Part shown: positions 47,805 to 55,851 of the stretch, one piece after another
How positions within the stretch are numbered: the first letter of the stretch is position 1
Layout of the letters: each line of letters opens with the position of its first letter
NCBI GenBank assembly: GCA_046331095.1
Contig: JAXLRM010000003.1
Span: 596,001 to 660,000, forward strand
Direction of reading: 5' to 3'
Source of the DNA: Acidimicrobiia bacterium
Lineage (GTDB): Bacteria; Actinomycetota; Acidimicrobiia; UBA2766
Length of the DNA stretch: 64,000 nt
Notes under the pieces: generated by a model
The model's input: only the letters and a program-made list of their open reading frames with translations
The model's database searches: none
Told to the model about the DNA's origin: nothing
Program-made: the position numbers and the translations under genes

Positions 47805-48035
47805 CGAACCCACGCGTCGAGGTCGAGGTGGCATTCTTCGGTGACCCCCCGATGATGCCGACGTTGCAGTAGGGACGCTTGCGCCACCACTTGGCGACCG
47901 TGTGGCGGCGACGTGACCTCTGAGGGCCCGCTCCTCGCCTCTTGTTCTGGTTTCCACTTCGCTGGCCTACGCGGCGTCTGCCCGAACCGCTGCGCCTTCG
48001 GATCGGAGGGCAGCCACCGCTGTCCCGCTGCGCCG

Positions 48036-48509
48036 TTAGGTCGACTTGCAGTCCTTCGCGACTACCCGTTGCACGGTGAATCCGGCGTGTTCTTCGATGC
48101 GGATCGAGCCGGTGAACTTCCACGATGATCCGGGGTTGATCGGCGCGTCCGACTCCCAGATGTCGAAGCCGAGCGGCAGCGACCCTGCACCTTGCGCCTC
48201 GAAGGTGCACTGGCCCTCCGCTGCGTTCGAGCCGCTGTTGCGGATCTCCCCCACGAACTGGACGGTGATCGCGTCGACGGGCGTCATCCTTGTGACGCTG
48301 CCGGTCATGGGCACGGATCCGCCGCTGGACCTGCTGCACACGTTGACGAGGACCGCGACGATGATGATGAGGACGATGAGTGCGCCGCAGCCGGCGGCGG
48401 CGCTGTTCTGGTTCGTGGCGCTCTTCTCCGGCAAGGCTTGGCCGCATTCCTTGCAGAACGGTCCCGGTGGAACGTTCTTGCCGCAGGCGGGGCACTTGGT
48501 GAGCGCCAT
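48036..48509 (-). CDS. Zinc-ribbon / single-pass membrane protein with small extracytoplasmic domain (element cargo)
   Basis: Track ORF trimmed to the ATG at 48509 (MALTKCPACGKNVPPGPFCKECGQAL), preceded by GGGAGGA. One TM helix (GALIVLIIIVAVLVNV) is followed by about 95 aa of beta-rich sequence. Confidence 0.6.
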   Translation of the reverse strand: MALTKCPACGKNVPPGPFCKECGQALPEKSATNQNSAAAGCGALIVLIIIVAVLVNVCSRSSGGSVPMTGSVTRMTPVDAITVQFVGEIRNSGSNAAEGQCTFEAQGAGSLPLGFDIWESDAPINPGSSWKFTGSIRIEEHAGFTVQRVVAKDCKST

Positions 48510-48581
48510 CGTCGAAGTCCTCCCTCTAGGACGATGTTGAGGGGCTGCACGGTAGCCCATAGGTGTTGCTCTGAGCGCGCT

Positions 48582-48630
48582 CTACAGGCCCCAGAACAGT
48601 CCCTACAGGCCAGGACAAGCTCCACAGGCC
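48582..48630. repeat. Three iterated YACAGGCC motifs (about 20-bp spacing) in element intergenic region
   Basis: CTACAGGCC at 48582-48590 and 48603-48611; CCACAGGCC at 48622-48630. They lie between the HIRAN gene stop and the zinc-ribbon gene start. Confidence 0.4.
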
Positions 48631-48708
48631 CCAAGTGAGGAGAGGAGACAGGCGCAGGTATGCGCCATCACACGCTATGAAGTGCGCCAGAGATGGCTAG
48701 GCAAATGG

Positions 48709-49626
48709 CTAATCGGTCGATTCGGCACGCGGCAGCATGAGCCTCGCGCGCAAGATCTCCTGGCCGCCCTTCTCGCCGTACTTGATCTCCGCCCGACAGG
48801 TCGCCCAGCGTCCCTCCGCTGCCGCCGCGTCGATCAACGGCTTGTAGCGGTCGGTCATCTTCGGCGTGAGGAACCCAACGGTTTGACCGGTAACCAGCAC
48901 CTCAACGACAGCCACCTCAGCCTTGGTGTGCGGGTTCGTGCCTGCCATCCGGAGCGCCGCTAGCGCGGGGAAGTAGTAGCCGATCTCGCTGCCGCTCTTG
49001 GTGGCTTCAAGGAGGCAGCCCTGGTAGTGCTCCTCGCAGGTGACACTGACCTCAGGCCACTTATCGGCACCTGTGGGCAGCAATCGGCGCTCATTGGCTT
49101 CGACTCCGGGCAGTGGGCGAACCTGCTTGCTTTCGCGTTCCCGCGAGTCGAGGTAGAGGCGAATTCCGAAGTAGCTGGTCGACCCATCGGACTGCCGTAT
49201 GCCCCCACGTATTTGAGCGCCGCAGGAGGCTATGCCTTGTGCAGCGATGACCTCGTCAATCAAGCTCCGATACGTCCGCGCGTCCTCACGGCTGAGGTGT
49301 CCCACCTTCAGCCCTCCGATGTAGACGCCAACGGCGCCGGCGTCGTAAGGGTTGTCTGGCTCCGGCCTCAACTCAGCGAGGGCACCCTCCCGGGCATCGG
49401 TGCGAACGCTCTCATCAGGCTCGACATAGCCGCCTGCCGCACGGAAGATAGCTTCCTGGTAGTAGGACTCGCCGACGACATCGACAGGGCTGCCTGGGGC
49501 AAGGGTCCCCGTCGCGGGCGGATGTAGTTGCTCGAACGTGAGCTTGATGGCAACAACGACATCGTCCGCTGATTCCCGCACTCGGAAGAGGTCTCTCAGC
49601 CCCATACCCACATCTCCCAGTCTCAT
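48709..49626 (-). CDS. Tandem HIRAN-domain protein (element cargo)
   Basis: Track ORF 48709..50124 trimmed to the ATG at 49626 (alternative ATG 49605). The upstream part overlaps the integrase in another frame. The first module is VDVVGESYYQEAI...LRPEPDNPYDAGAVGVYIGGLKVGHLSREDA (HIRAN signature). The second, degenerate module is EEHYQGC...VEVLVTGQTVGFLTPKMTD. Confidence 0.7.
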   Translation of the reverse strand: MRLGDVGMGLRDLFRVRESADDVVVAIKLTFEQLHPPATGTLAPGSPVDVVGESYYQEAIFRAAGGYVEPDESVRTDAREGALAELRPEPDNPYDAGAVGVYIGGLKVGHLSREDARTYRSLIDEVIAAQGIASCGAQIRGGIRQSDGSTSYFGIRLYLDSRERESKQVRPLPGVEANERRLLPTGADKWPEVSVTCEEHYQGCLLEATKSGSEIGYYFPALAALRMAGTNPHTKAEVAVVEVLVTGQTVGFLTPKMTDRYKPLIDAAAAEGRWATCRAEIKYGEKGGQEILRARLMLPRAESTD

Positions 49627-49693
49627 CTGACGACGCGCCCGTCGCAACACAGGCCCATTCTCCCAGGAACTTCGGTCGGGACCCGCAGCTTCC

Positions 49694-50845
49694 CTACCCG
49701 AGGAGCTCTTGCATGGGTCCAGCCGCGGCATCGACGGACGGCTTGAGACGGTGCCGGTAGTGGAGCTCGACCATCCGCGTCGTGCGGTGGCCCAAGACAT
49801 CGGCGATCGCTTCGTTGGGCACGCCAGCATCTGCAAGGAGGCTCGTCGCTGTGTGGCGGAGCATGTACGGCGTGAGCTTGTCGAGGTCTGCGTCGCGGGC
49901 GACGTAGCGGAATAGGCGGCGCAGGTTCGCCGGGTCGATCGGAGTCCCGGCCTCCGTGACAAAGACGAGACCGCCATGTTCGGTGTGCTCGTCGCTCCAC
50001 AGGCCTGCGAGACGTTCCTCCGCCCACACCTGGCGGTGCTGGCGCAGGGCGTCAATCGTGACGGGCGGCAGCGCAACGGTCCGCGCCGACCCCTTCGTCT
50101 TCGGCTCTGCGAGGACCCGGTCATCGCCTGCGCCCTTCCACGCCTGCCACACGTGAAGGGTGCCGCCGTCGAGGTCGATGCTGGCCCAGGTGAGCGCGGT
50201 CAGCTCGCCGGGGCGCAAGCCGGTGGTGATCCCCACAGTGAGGAGTGCGCCATTACGGTGTTCGGCCGCGGCGTCGATGACTCGCCGCACCTCGTCCACC
50301 GTCAGAGACTCGCGTTGCCTCGCTGGGGCAGCGTTGGGCGGGATCTCGGCGATCTTGAACGGGTTCCACGAGGCCTGCCGGCGTCGCACGGCCCAGTCGA
50401 GCACCTGGCTTCCTACCTGGCGGACGTGAACGAGAGTGGAGCGTCGGTAGCCGTCTTTCGACATCATGCGGAGGACCCGCTCGAGGTCGGCCGGCTGGAG
50501 CTTGCCGACCTGACGGTTTCCGAGAGTCGGGAGCAGGTGCTTCTCGGCGAGGGTCCGGTAGTTGGCGACCGTTGACGGCTGCACTTTCGCTGGTGCTGCG
50601 GTGTCGATCCAGGCGGTGAACAGGTCGCGGAAGGTGAGGTCGGCCGCGGCGACCGTTCCGTGCTGGTCGAGTTCTTTGCGGAGGTCATCGAGCTTGGCCG
50701 CGACCTCCTTCTTCGTGTGGCCGGTGACGCTACGGCGTCGGCGTTGTCCGTCTTCGGAGATGTCGATGGAGCCGACCCATCGGTCCTTGTCGGCGCGGTA
50801 GAAGATCGACCCTTGCCCCTGGGGGCGTCGCTTGTTGGTCGCCAT
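49694..50845 (-). CDS. int: Tyrosine-type site-specific integrase
   Basis: Track ORF 49694..51154 trimmed to the ATG at 50845 (MATNKRRPQGQGSIFYRADKDRWVG). The SAM-like N-domain is followed by a catalytic domain with GLRPGE, KTKGSARTV, YMLRHT and LGHRTTRMVELHY. Confidence 0.9.
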   Translation of the reverse strand: MATNKRRPQGQGSIFYRADKDRWVGSIDISEDGQRRRRSVTGHTKKEVAAKLDDLRKELDQHGTVAAADLTFRDLFTAWIDTAAPAKVQPSTVANYRTLAEKHLLPTLGNRQVGKLQPADLERVLRMMSKDGYRRSTLVHVRQVGSQVLDWAVRRRQASWNPFKIAEIPPNAAPARQRESLTVDEVRRVIDAAAEHRNGALLTVGITTGLRPGELTALTWASIDLDGGTLHVWQAWKGAGDDRVLAEPKTKGSARTVALPPVTIDALRQHRQVWAEERLAGLWSDEHTEHGGLVFVTEAGTPIDPANLRRLFRYVARDADLDKLTPYMLRHTATSLLADAGVPNEAIADVLGHRTTRMVELHYRHRLKPSVDAAAGPMQELLG

Positions 50846-50870
50846 GTGGAAACCCCCTGCGTGGGTGGCG

Positions 50871-50890
50871 GACAGCCAATGGACAGCCAA
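50871..50890 (+). repeat. Doublet of GACAGCCAA (candidate arm-type sites, attR-proximal) plus third partial copy at 50973-50980
   Basis: GACAGCCAA occurs at 50871-50879 and 50882-50890, and GACAGCCA at 50973-50980. All lie between the int start and the attR core. Confidence 0.45.
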
Positions 50891-50992
50891 AGACCAGGGT
50901 ACACGCAGGGACAGGGGTGGACGGGATAGGACAGGTGACCCCTTGTGACCTGCATGTATGTGGGCAGCGGGAGACAGCCAGAGACACTTGGC

Positions 50993-51044
50993 CTTGCATG
51001 GCATGCAAGAGGTCGGCAGTTCGATTCTGCTCGGCTCCACCACA
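50993..51044 (+). repeat. attR (duplicated 3-prime half of tRNA-Ala)
   Basis: 52/52 identity by eye with 47677-47728. There is no 5-prime tRNA half upstream. Confidence 0.9.
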
Positions 51045-51231
51045 TCAGGCCAGCACCCCGAGCGAACGTCCCGGCCGCGCCATGAGGCGGTTCGGCCGTG
51101 GCGCGGGGTCGGGGCCGTCGTCTTTGGGCGGTGCTTCCGGGCGTGGCGGCGCAACGCGTTGGCGGAGAGCGCGGGGCCGCTCGTGTCGGCCCAGTCTCGG
51201 TTAGCTTCGCAGCGTCAAGGAGGAGGCACCT

Positions 51232-52356
51232 GTGTCGGTCGATTTCGCGTCGCGTAGGTCTCGAGCGGGCACGCTGATGCGGTCCCACGGCATCGACGGC
51301 TTGTTCGTCATGAAGCCGACGAACCTCGCCTATCTCAGCGGGGACGGACGTCCGTGCGCGTTGGGCCTGCTCGACGCCGAAGGTCGCTTCGTGGTGGCCG
51401 TGCCCGACTGCGACGTCCCCAGCGTGGAGAAGTCGTCCACCGCCGACGAGATCCGCAGCTTCCGCAGCGAAGAGGAGATGTTCCACGGCTTCCGCGACGT
51501 CCTCGCCGAACTCGGGCTGGCGGAGGCGACGATCGGGCTCGAGAAGAACTTCTTCGACGCTGCACTGCACGAGGTCTTCAGCAGTCACATCCTGCCGGAC
51601 GCGACCGTCGTCTCGGCGACGCCGGTGCTGTCGCGTCTGCGGATGCTCAAGGACGCCGACGAGGTCGAGCTCCTGCGGGAAGCCGGGCGTGTCGCCGACG
51701 TTGGCATGGGCGCTGCCGTGGCAGCCGTGGCAGCCGGAACTCCCGAGACGCTCGTGGCGGGCGAAGCAGAGTACGCCATGCGCAAGGCCGGCGCCGAAGG
51801 CTGGGCCTCGCCCACGTACGTCGCGTCCGGCTGGCGCACGGCGATGGCCCACGGCCCGGCATCGTCGAGGGTGATCGAGGCCGGCGACGTCGTCCAGGTC
51901 CACGTGGCGCCGTCGGTAGGGGGCTACACCGTCGACCTGTGCCGCACCGTCGTCCCCGACGGAGCCCCGGACGACGCCGGCAAGGCACTCGATCTGTACC
52001 TCGACGCCCAGGAAGCCGGCATCGCGGCTGCAACCGCGGGGCAACCGCTCCTCGGTATCGATGCAGCGATGGCCGCGGCGCTCGACCGCGGCGGTTACGG
52101 GGACTCGTTCCTGCGCCCGACGTTCCACGGCGTCGGCATGGAGCACGAGGAGGCGCCCATCCCCGGCGGCCACGCCGTCATACACGGCGAAGAAGCGATC
52201 GAGTCGGTCGAGGCGGGCATGGTCCTGGCGATCGGCAACTGCGGCATCTACCGCGAGAACTTCGGAGTGCGCGCCGAGGACACCGTGTGGGTCGGCCCCG
52301 ACGGACCCGTCGAACTCACCTCGTATCCCAAGCGGCTCGCTCCCGCACCGGCCTGA
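51232..52356 (+). CDS. M24-family metallopeptidase (Xaa-Pro aminopeptidase / creatinase-like)
   Basis: 374 aa. GTG start preceded by AAGGAGGAGG. Creatinase-like N-domain plus pita-bread motifs VDLCRT, FHGVGMEHEE, NCGIY...GVRAEDT. Confidence 0.85.
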   Translation: MSVDFASRRSRAGTLMRSHGIDGLFVMKPTNLAYLSGDGRPCALGLLDAEGRFVVAVPDCDVPSVEKSSTADEIRSFRSEEEMFHGFRDVLAELGLAEATIGLEKNFFDAALHEVFSSHILPDATVVSATPVLSRLRMLKDADEVELLREAGRVADVGMGAAVAAVAAGTPETLVAGEAEYAMRKAGAEGWASPTYVASGWRTAMAHGPASSRVIEAGDVVQVHVAPSVGGYTVDLCRTVVPDGAPDDAGKALDLYLDAQEAGIAAATAGQPLLGIDAAMAAALDRGGYGDSFLRPTFHGVGMEHEEAPIPGGHAVIHGEEAIESVEAGMVLAIGNCGIYRENFGVRAEDTVWVGPDGPVELTSYPKRLAPAPA

Positions 52357-52518
52357 CCCCTGACGTCGCGGCGAAGGTGCACCTCGTCGCCTGCGCCGGG
52401 AGCACGGCGATGGCCAACGTGACGTCGTTCGACGGGTCCGAACCGCCAACCGATCGGGTGTGAACTGTCGAGCGCATCGAACCGCGCTGAAGCTGACGGG
52501 CGTAGGTGGCGGGGCGCG

Positions 52519-52959
52519 TCAGTCGGTGCGGATCCAGGACTGGAAGGACATGGCGAACATCATGTCCCCGGAGAGGCTGAGCTGGCCGCCCATGAAGGCC
52601 TGCATCGGGTCGATCGTGCCCGCGAGGAACTTGAGGAACACAGGCACCGGCGAACCCAGCGTCATGCGTGGCTCGTCAGCCGTGCCGATCTCGCCTTTCA
52701 TGGCGCCGTCCGCGACGGTGAGCACGAACGAATGCGTGTTCTCTCCCGCGTCGATGACATCCCACTGGACCACGGCGGACTGACCGGCCGCCGCCTCCGC
52801 CTGGAACCGCTCGGTCAGGGCACCGATGACCATCTCGAGCATCTTCTCCACGCCGATGACGTCGGCGAGTTTGTACAGGTCCTCGTCGGAGAGGTTCTCG
52901 ATCAGACTGGCCAGGGCTGCACGGTCGCCGAGGCTGCCGGCCAGCGTCGCGTCGCTCAT
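52519..52959 (-). CDS. SCP2 (sterol-carrier-protein-2) domain protein
   Basis: Track ORF trimmed to the ATG at 52959 (MSDATLAG...), preceded by AAGGAG; 146 aa. The C-terminal FLKFLAGTIDPMQAFMGGQLSLSGDMMFAMSFQSWI is an SCP2 signature. It is a paralogue of the C-terminus of 53685..55664. Confidence 0.75.
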   Translation of the reverse strand: MSDATLAGSLGDRAALASLIENLSDEDLYKLADVIGVEKMLEMVIGALTERFQAEAAAGQSAVVQWDVIDAGENTHSFVLTVADGAMKGEIGTADEPRMTLGSPVPVFLKFLAGTIDPMQAFMGGQLSLSGDMMFAMSFQSWIRTD

Positions 52960-53008
52960 CTGCACGTCTCCTTGATCCGAACCGGAACGCCCAAACCTAC
53001 CCGAATTC

Positions 53009-53022
53009 TGGCAGTCCTGCCA
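53009..53022. promoter_or_regulatory. 6-2-6 palindrome TGGCAGtcCTGCCA in SCP2/TetR divergent region (candidate TetR operator)
   Basis: Perfect inverted arms TGGCAG/CTGCCA, read directly from the sequence, within the 89-bp divergent intergenic region. Confidence 0.3.
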
Positions 53023-53048
53023 CAAAGCAGGGGTGCCAGAACCGGCCT

Positions 53049-53678
53049 GTGCCCCCCGGTACCATGGACGTCGACATGACCGAGATCGGCCGGCGCGAGC
53101 GCAAGAAGAACGAGACGCGGGCCGCCCTGCGCGAAGCCGCCCTCGCACGGTTCGCCGACAAGGGCTTCGCCGAGACCCGCGTCGTGGACATCACCGAAGC
53201 CGCCGACGTCTCCGAACGCACCTTCTTCCGCTACTTCCAGTCCAAGGAGGACGTCGCGGTCGCGGCGCTGAGGGAGTGGCTCGAGGGCCTCTTCGCCGAC
53301 GTCGATCAGGCACCGCCGGAGCAGATGCCCTCGGAGATCGTGACCTCGGTCATCGAGAACGGCCGCGCGGGCAAGTACCCATTCGGCGTGGAGCAGCTTC
53401 GCGACGTCGTGGCCTACGTCACCTTCCCCGAGGTCCAGGACCACGTCGCCAGGATCATCGACGGCCTCCGGGTGCGCATGATCGAGGACGCGGCACGCCG
53501 CACGGGAACCGAGCCCACCGACCCCTATCCCAGGGTCATCGGTTCGGTGATCACCGCGGGCTGTTTCGCGGTGTTCGAGTCGATGCTGTTGAGCGGACGT
53601 GTCGACGCGTCCTGGACGACTGCGGCCGACATCCTCCAGCGCGTCGTGGACGAGTTCGCCAACCTCGCTCCGCGCTGA
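53049..53678 (+). CDS. TetR-family transcriptional regulator
   Basis: 209 aa. HTH: TRAALREAALARFADKGFAETRVVDITEAADVSERTFFRYFQSKEDV. The start could be one of the internal Met codons (MDVDM/MTEIG). Confidence 0.85.
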   Translation: MPPGTMDVDMTEIGRRERKKNETRAALREAALARFADKGFAETRVVDITEAADVSERTFFRYFQSKEDVAVAALREWLEGLFADVDQAPPEQMPSEIVTSVIENGRAGKYPFGVEQLRDVVAYVTFPEVQDHVARIIDGLRVRMIEDAARRTGTEPTDPYPRVIGSVITAGCFAVFESMLLSGRVDASWTTAADILQRVVDEFANLAPR

Positions 53679-53684
53679 TCCACT

Positions 53685-55664
53685 TCAGTCGATGCGGAAC
53701 CACGACTGGAACGCCACCGCGAAGGGCAGGTCGCCGACGACCTCGAGCTCGCCGCCCATGAACGCCTGTGTGGCGTCGACCTGTCCCGCGAGGAAGCGCA
53801 GGAACACGGGGACGGTCATCCGCAGGGTCAACCGCGCCTCGGCCGGCACGTCCACCGATCCCGAGCACCGATCCCCTTCGACGGCGATCACGAAGGAGTG
53901 CCTCACCCCTTCGGCGTCGGTGACGTCCCAACGCACCACGGCGCCCTGACCGGACGCACGTTCGGGTCGGAACCGTGCCACGAGCGCCGCGATCACCATC
54001 TCCACGAGCGCAGGCATGCCGATCTTCGCGGCGAGCTGGTACAGCTCCTCGTCGCTGCGGCCCCGGAGGAGTTGTGCCAGCGCCGCCCGCTCGCTCAGGC
54101 CCGCCGTCAGCGACGACGAGGTGAGCGCACCGGTGGGCGCCGGTCCCGCCGTTTCCTCGGAGCCCGGGCCTCCGCCGGTGTCGATGCCGGTGAACATCGG
54201 GATCGCGCTGCCGTACTTGGAATCGAAGTACTGGAACACCGGATCGACCTGTGCCAGCAGGTTGGCGCCGGGCGCCACCGCGTTTGCGAATCCGTTGAGG
54301 TACAACAGGTTCTTGAAGAAGAGCACGAGTTCCTTGGGCAGGCGGAAGCCGCGGTGGGCGACGACGCGGATGAGGCGGCCGACTGCGGCGGCGAGCGCCG
54401 TCGTCGGCGCGTCGGTGCCGAGCGAGCCCGGGTCGACCTCGGCGTCGATGTCGGCCGCGATCGCGTCGAGGTCCGCGTCCGGGGGGATCGCACCGAAGGT
54501 GACCATCGCCTCGAGCTCGGCGCGGATGTCGTTGCGCACGAATCCCACGAGGAAGCGCACCAGCGCAGCGCGTTGGGCCTTGTCCAGGCGGCCCACGATC
54601 CCGAAGTCGACGAGGGAGAACATGCCCTCCTCGTCGAGGAGGACGTTGCCGGCGTGGAGGTCGCCGTGGAAGACCCCGTACACGAGGGTCTGCTCGAGGA
54701 CACCCTGGATCGCCAGGCGCAGCAGACGCTCGCGGTCCACCGCGGCGAGGTCGGTGACGGTGTACGCGGTGCCGGGCACACGCTCCATCACGAGGACGGC
54801 GTCACGGACCATGGCCGGGATCGGCCGCGGGAAGCGCACGTAGTCGGCGCCGGCGTGCTCCGCGGTCAATCCGAGCTCGACCATGTTGGCCGCCTCGAGG
54901 CCGAGATCGAGCTCCTCGAGGACCAGCCGTGCGAAGAGCTCGACGAAGCCCGAGATGTTGCCGGTGCGTGCGACGGCGCTGTAGCGCTCGGCCACGTGCG
55001 CGGCGCCGGCCATCGCACGGATGTCGGAGAAGAAGCGCCGGCGCAGGCCGGGGCGCCTGATCTTGACCACGACCTCGCGTCCGTCGGGGAGCGTCGCCGC
55101 GTGGACCTGCGCTATCGACGCGGCCGCCAGGGGGACGTCGTCGAAGTCGGCGAACAGGGCACCTACGGACCTGCCGAGGTGCTTCTTCACACGGGCGCGG
55201 GCGACCGCGGCGGGAAACGGCGGTACCTCGTCGCGGCACCATGCGAACGTCTCGACCCAGTCGTCCGGCAGCAGACCCCCCGCCGTGGCAACGAACTGGC
55301 CCAGCTTCACCCACGCCGGCCCGCCCGCGCGTACGAGTTGCTCGGCACGGTGGATCAGCCGCGCGTGGCCCTTGCGCGACGACCGGCTGCGGCCGCCAGC
55401 CACGGTCGCGAGCAACTCCGCGGCTGCGATCGCGCCGGTGCGCCCCCCGATGCGCGCCATCGCCGCGACCATCGTGGCGTCGACCTGGGGGCGCGCCAGC
55501 TTGCGTGCGCTCGACTCGACCCGCAGGCGCCGCGTCACAGCAGCTTGCAAGAGCCGCTCGGACTCCTCGCGCAAGCCGGGGATCTCGTCGGTCCATTCGG
55601 ACCACCTGAGCAACTCGTGGCTCGACGGCAACGGAATCGAGGCCGGATCGAACGTGGCGTTCAT
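53685..55664 (-). CDS. ABC1/UbiB-family atypical kinase fused to C-terminal SCP2 domain
   Basis: Track ORF 53685..55943 trimmed to the ATG at 55664 (MNATFDPASIPL), 659 aa. ABC1 motifs: GPAWVKLGQFVATAGGLLP, AAASIAQVHAATL, VVVKIRRPG, HGDLHAGNVLL. The C-terminal 140 aa (FLRFLAGQVDATQAFMGGELEVVGDLPFAVAFQSWF) form the SCP2 domain. Confidence 0.85.
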   Translation of the reverse strand: MNATFDPASIPLPSSHELLRWSEWTDEIPGLREESERLLQAAVTRRLRVESSARKLARPQVDATMVAAMARIGGRTGAIAAAELLATVAGGRSRSSRKGHARLIHRAEQLVRAGGPAWVKLGQFVATAGGLLPDDWVETFAWCRDEVPPFPAAVARARVKKHLGRSVGALFADFDDVPLAAASIAQVHAATLPDGREVVVKIRRPGLRRRFFSDIRAMAGAAHVAERYSAVARTGNISGFVELFARLVLEELDLGLEAANMVELGLTAEHAGADYVRFPRPIPAMVRDAVLVMERVPGTAYTVTDLAAVDRERLLRLAIQGVLEQTLVYGVFHGDLHAGNVLLDEEGMFSLVDFGIVGRLDKAQRAALVRFLVGFVRNDIRAELEAMVTFGAIPPDADLDAIAADIDAEVDPGSLGTDAPTTALAAAVGRLIRVVAHRGFRLPKELVLFFKNLLYLNGFANAVAPGANLLAQVDPVFQYFDSKYGSAIPMFTGIDTGGGPGSEETAGPAPTGALTSSSLTAGLSERAALAQLLRGRSDEELYQLAAKIGMPALVEMVIAALVARFRPERASGQGAVVRWDVTDAEGVRHSFVIAVEGDRCSGSVDVPAEARLTLRMTVPVFLRFLAGQVDATQAFMGGELEVVGDLPFAVAFQSWFRID

Positions 55665-55680
55665 GCCTGCTCCCGGGAAT

Positions 55681-55700
55681 GTGCGGTGCGGTGCGGTGCG
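55681..55700. repeat. Pentanucleotide microsatellite (GTGCG)x4 in UbiB-SCP2 leader
   Basis: GTGCGGTGCGGTGCGGTGCG is followed by imperfect AGTGCCGGTGCG. It lies 17-36 nt upstream of the 55664 start codon. Confidence 0.6.
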
Positions 55701-55743
55701 AGTGCCGGTGCGCCACTCGATGATACGAAATCCGCTGTCGCAC

Positions 55744-55757
55744 CTGTCACATGACAG
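55744..55757. promoter_or_regulatory. 6-2-6 palindrome CTGTCAcaTGACAG in UbiB-SCP2 / membrane-protein divergent region
   Basis: Perfect inverted arms CTGTCA/TGACAG, read directly from the sequence. Same architecture as the palindrome at 53009-53022, but a different sequence. Confidence 0.25.
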
Positions 55758-55851
55758 ATGCGCCACATTCGGCGGGATGCGGCGCAGCACCGCCGCGCCC
55801 GCATTGGCGTAGCATCCGACGTCTCCGACCGACGCTGATGCCAAGGCCCCG

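Noticed and set aside
47729-48035. Excisionase/Xis-type small HTH gene at the attL end of the element
   Set aside because: I translated all three minus-strand and the plus-strand frames by hand. The open frames (for example 47748..47957 and 47913..48128) are Arg/Ser/Pro-rich with no HTH pattern or SD. The region contains the arm-type repeats instead.
50993-51044. Second tRNA gene
   Set aside because: Only the 3-prime 52 nt (from the anticodon stem onward) are present, with no acceptor 5-prime strand or D-arm upstream. This is the att duplication, not a gene.
52370-52391. Hairpin around the AGGTGCACCT palindrome after the M24 peptidase stop, as an intrinsic terminator
   Set aside because: The stem is interrupted by a 2-nt bulge, there is essentially no loop, and no T-tract follows. 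The evidence is too weak to annotate.
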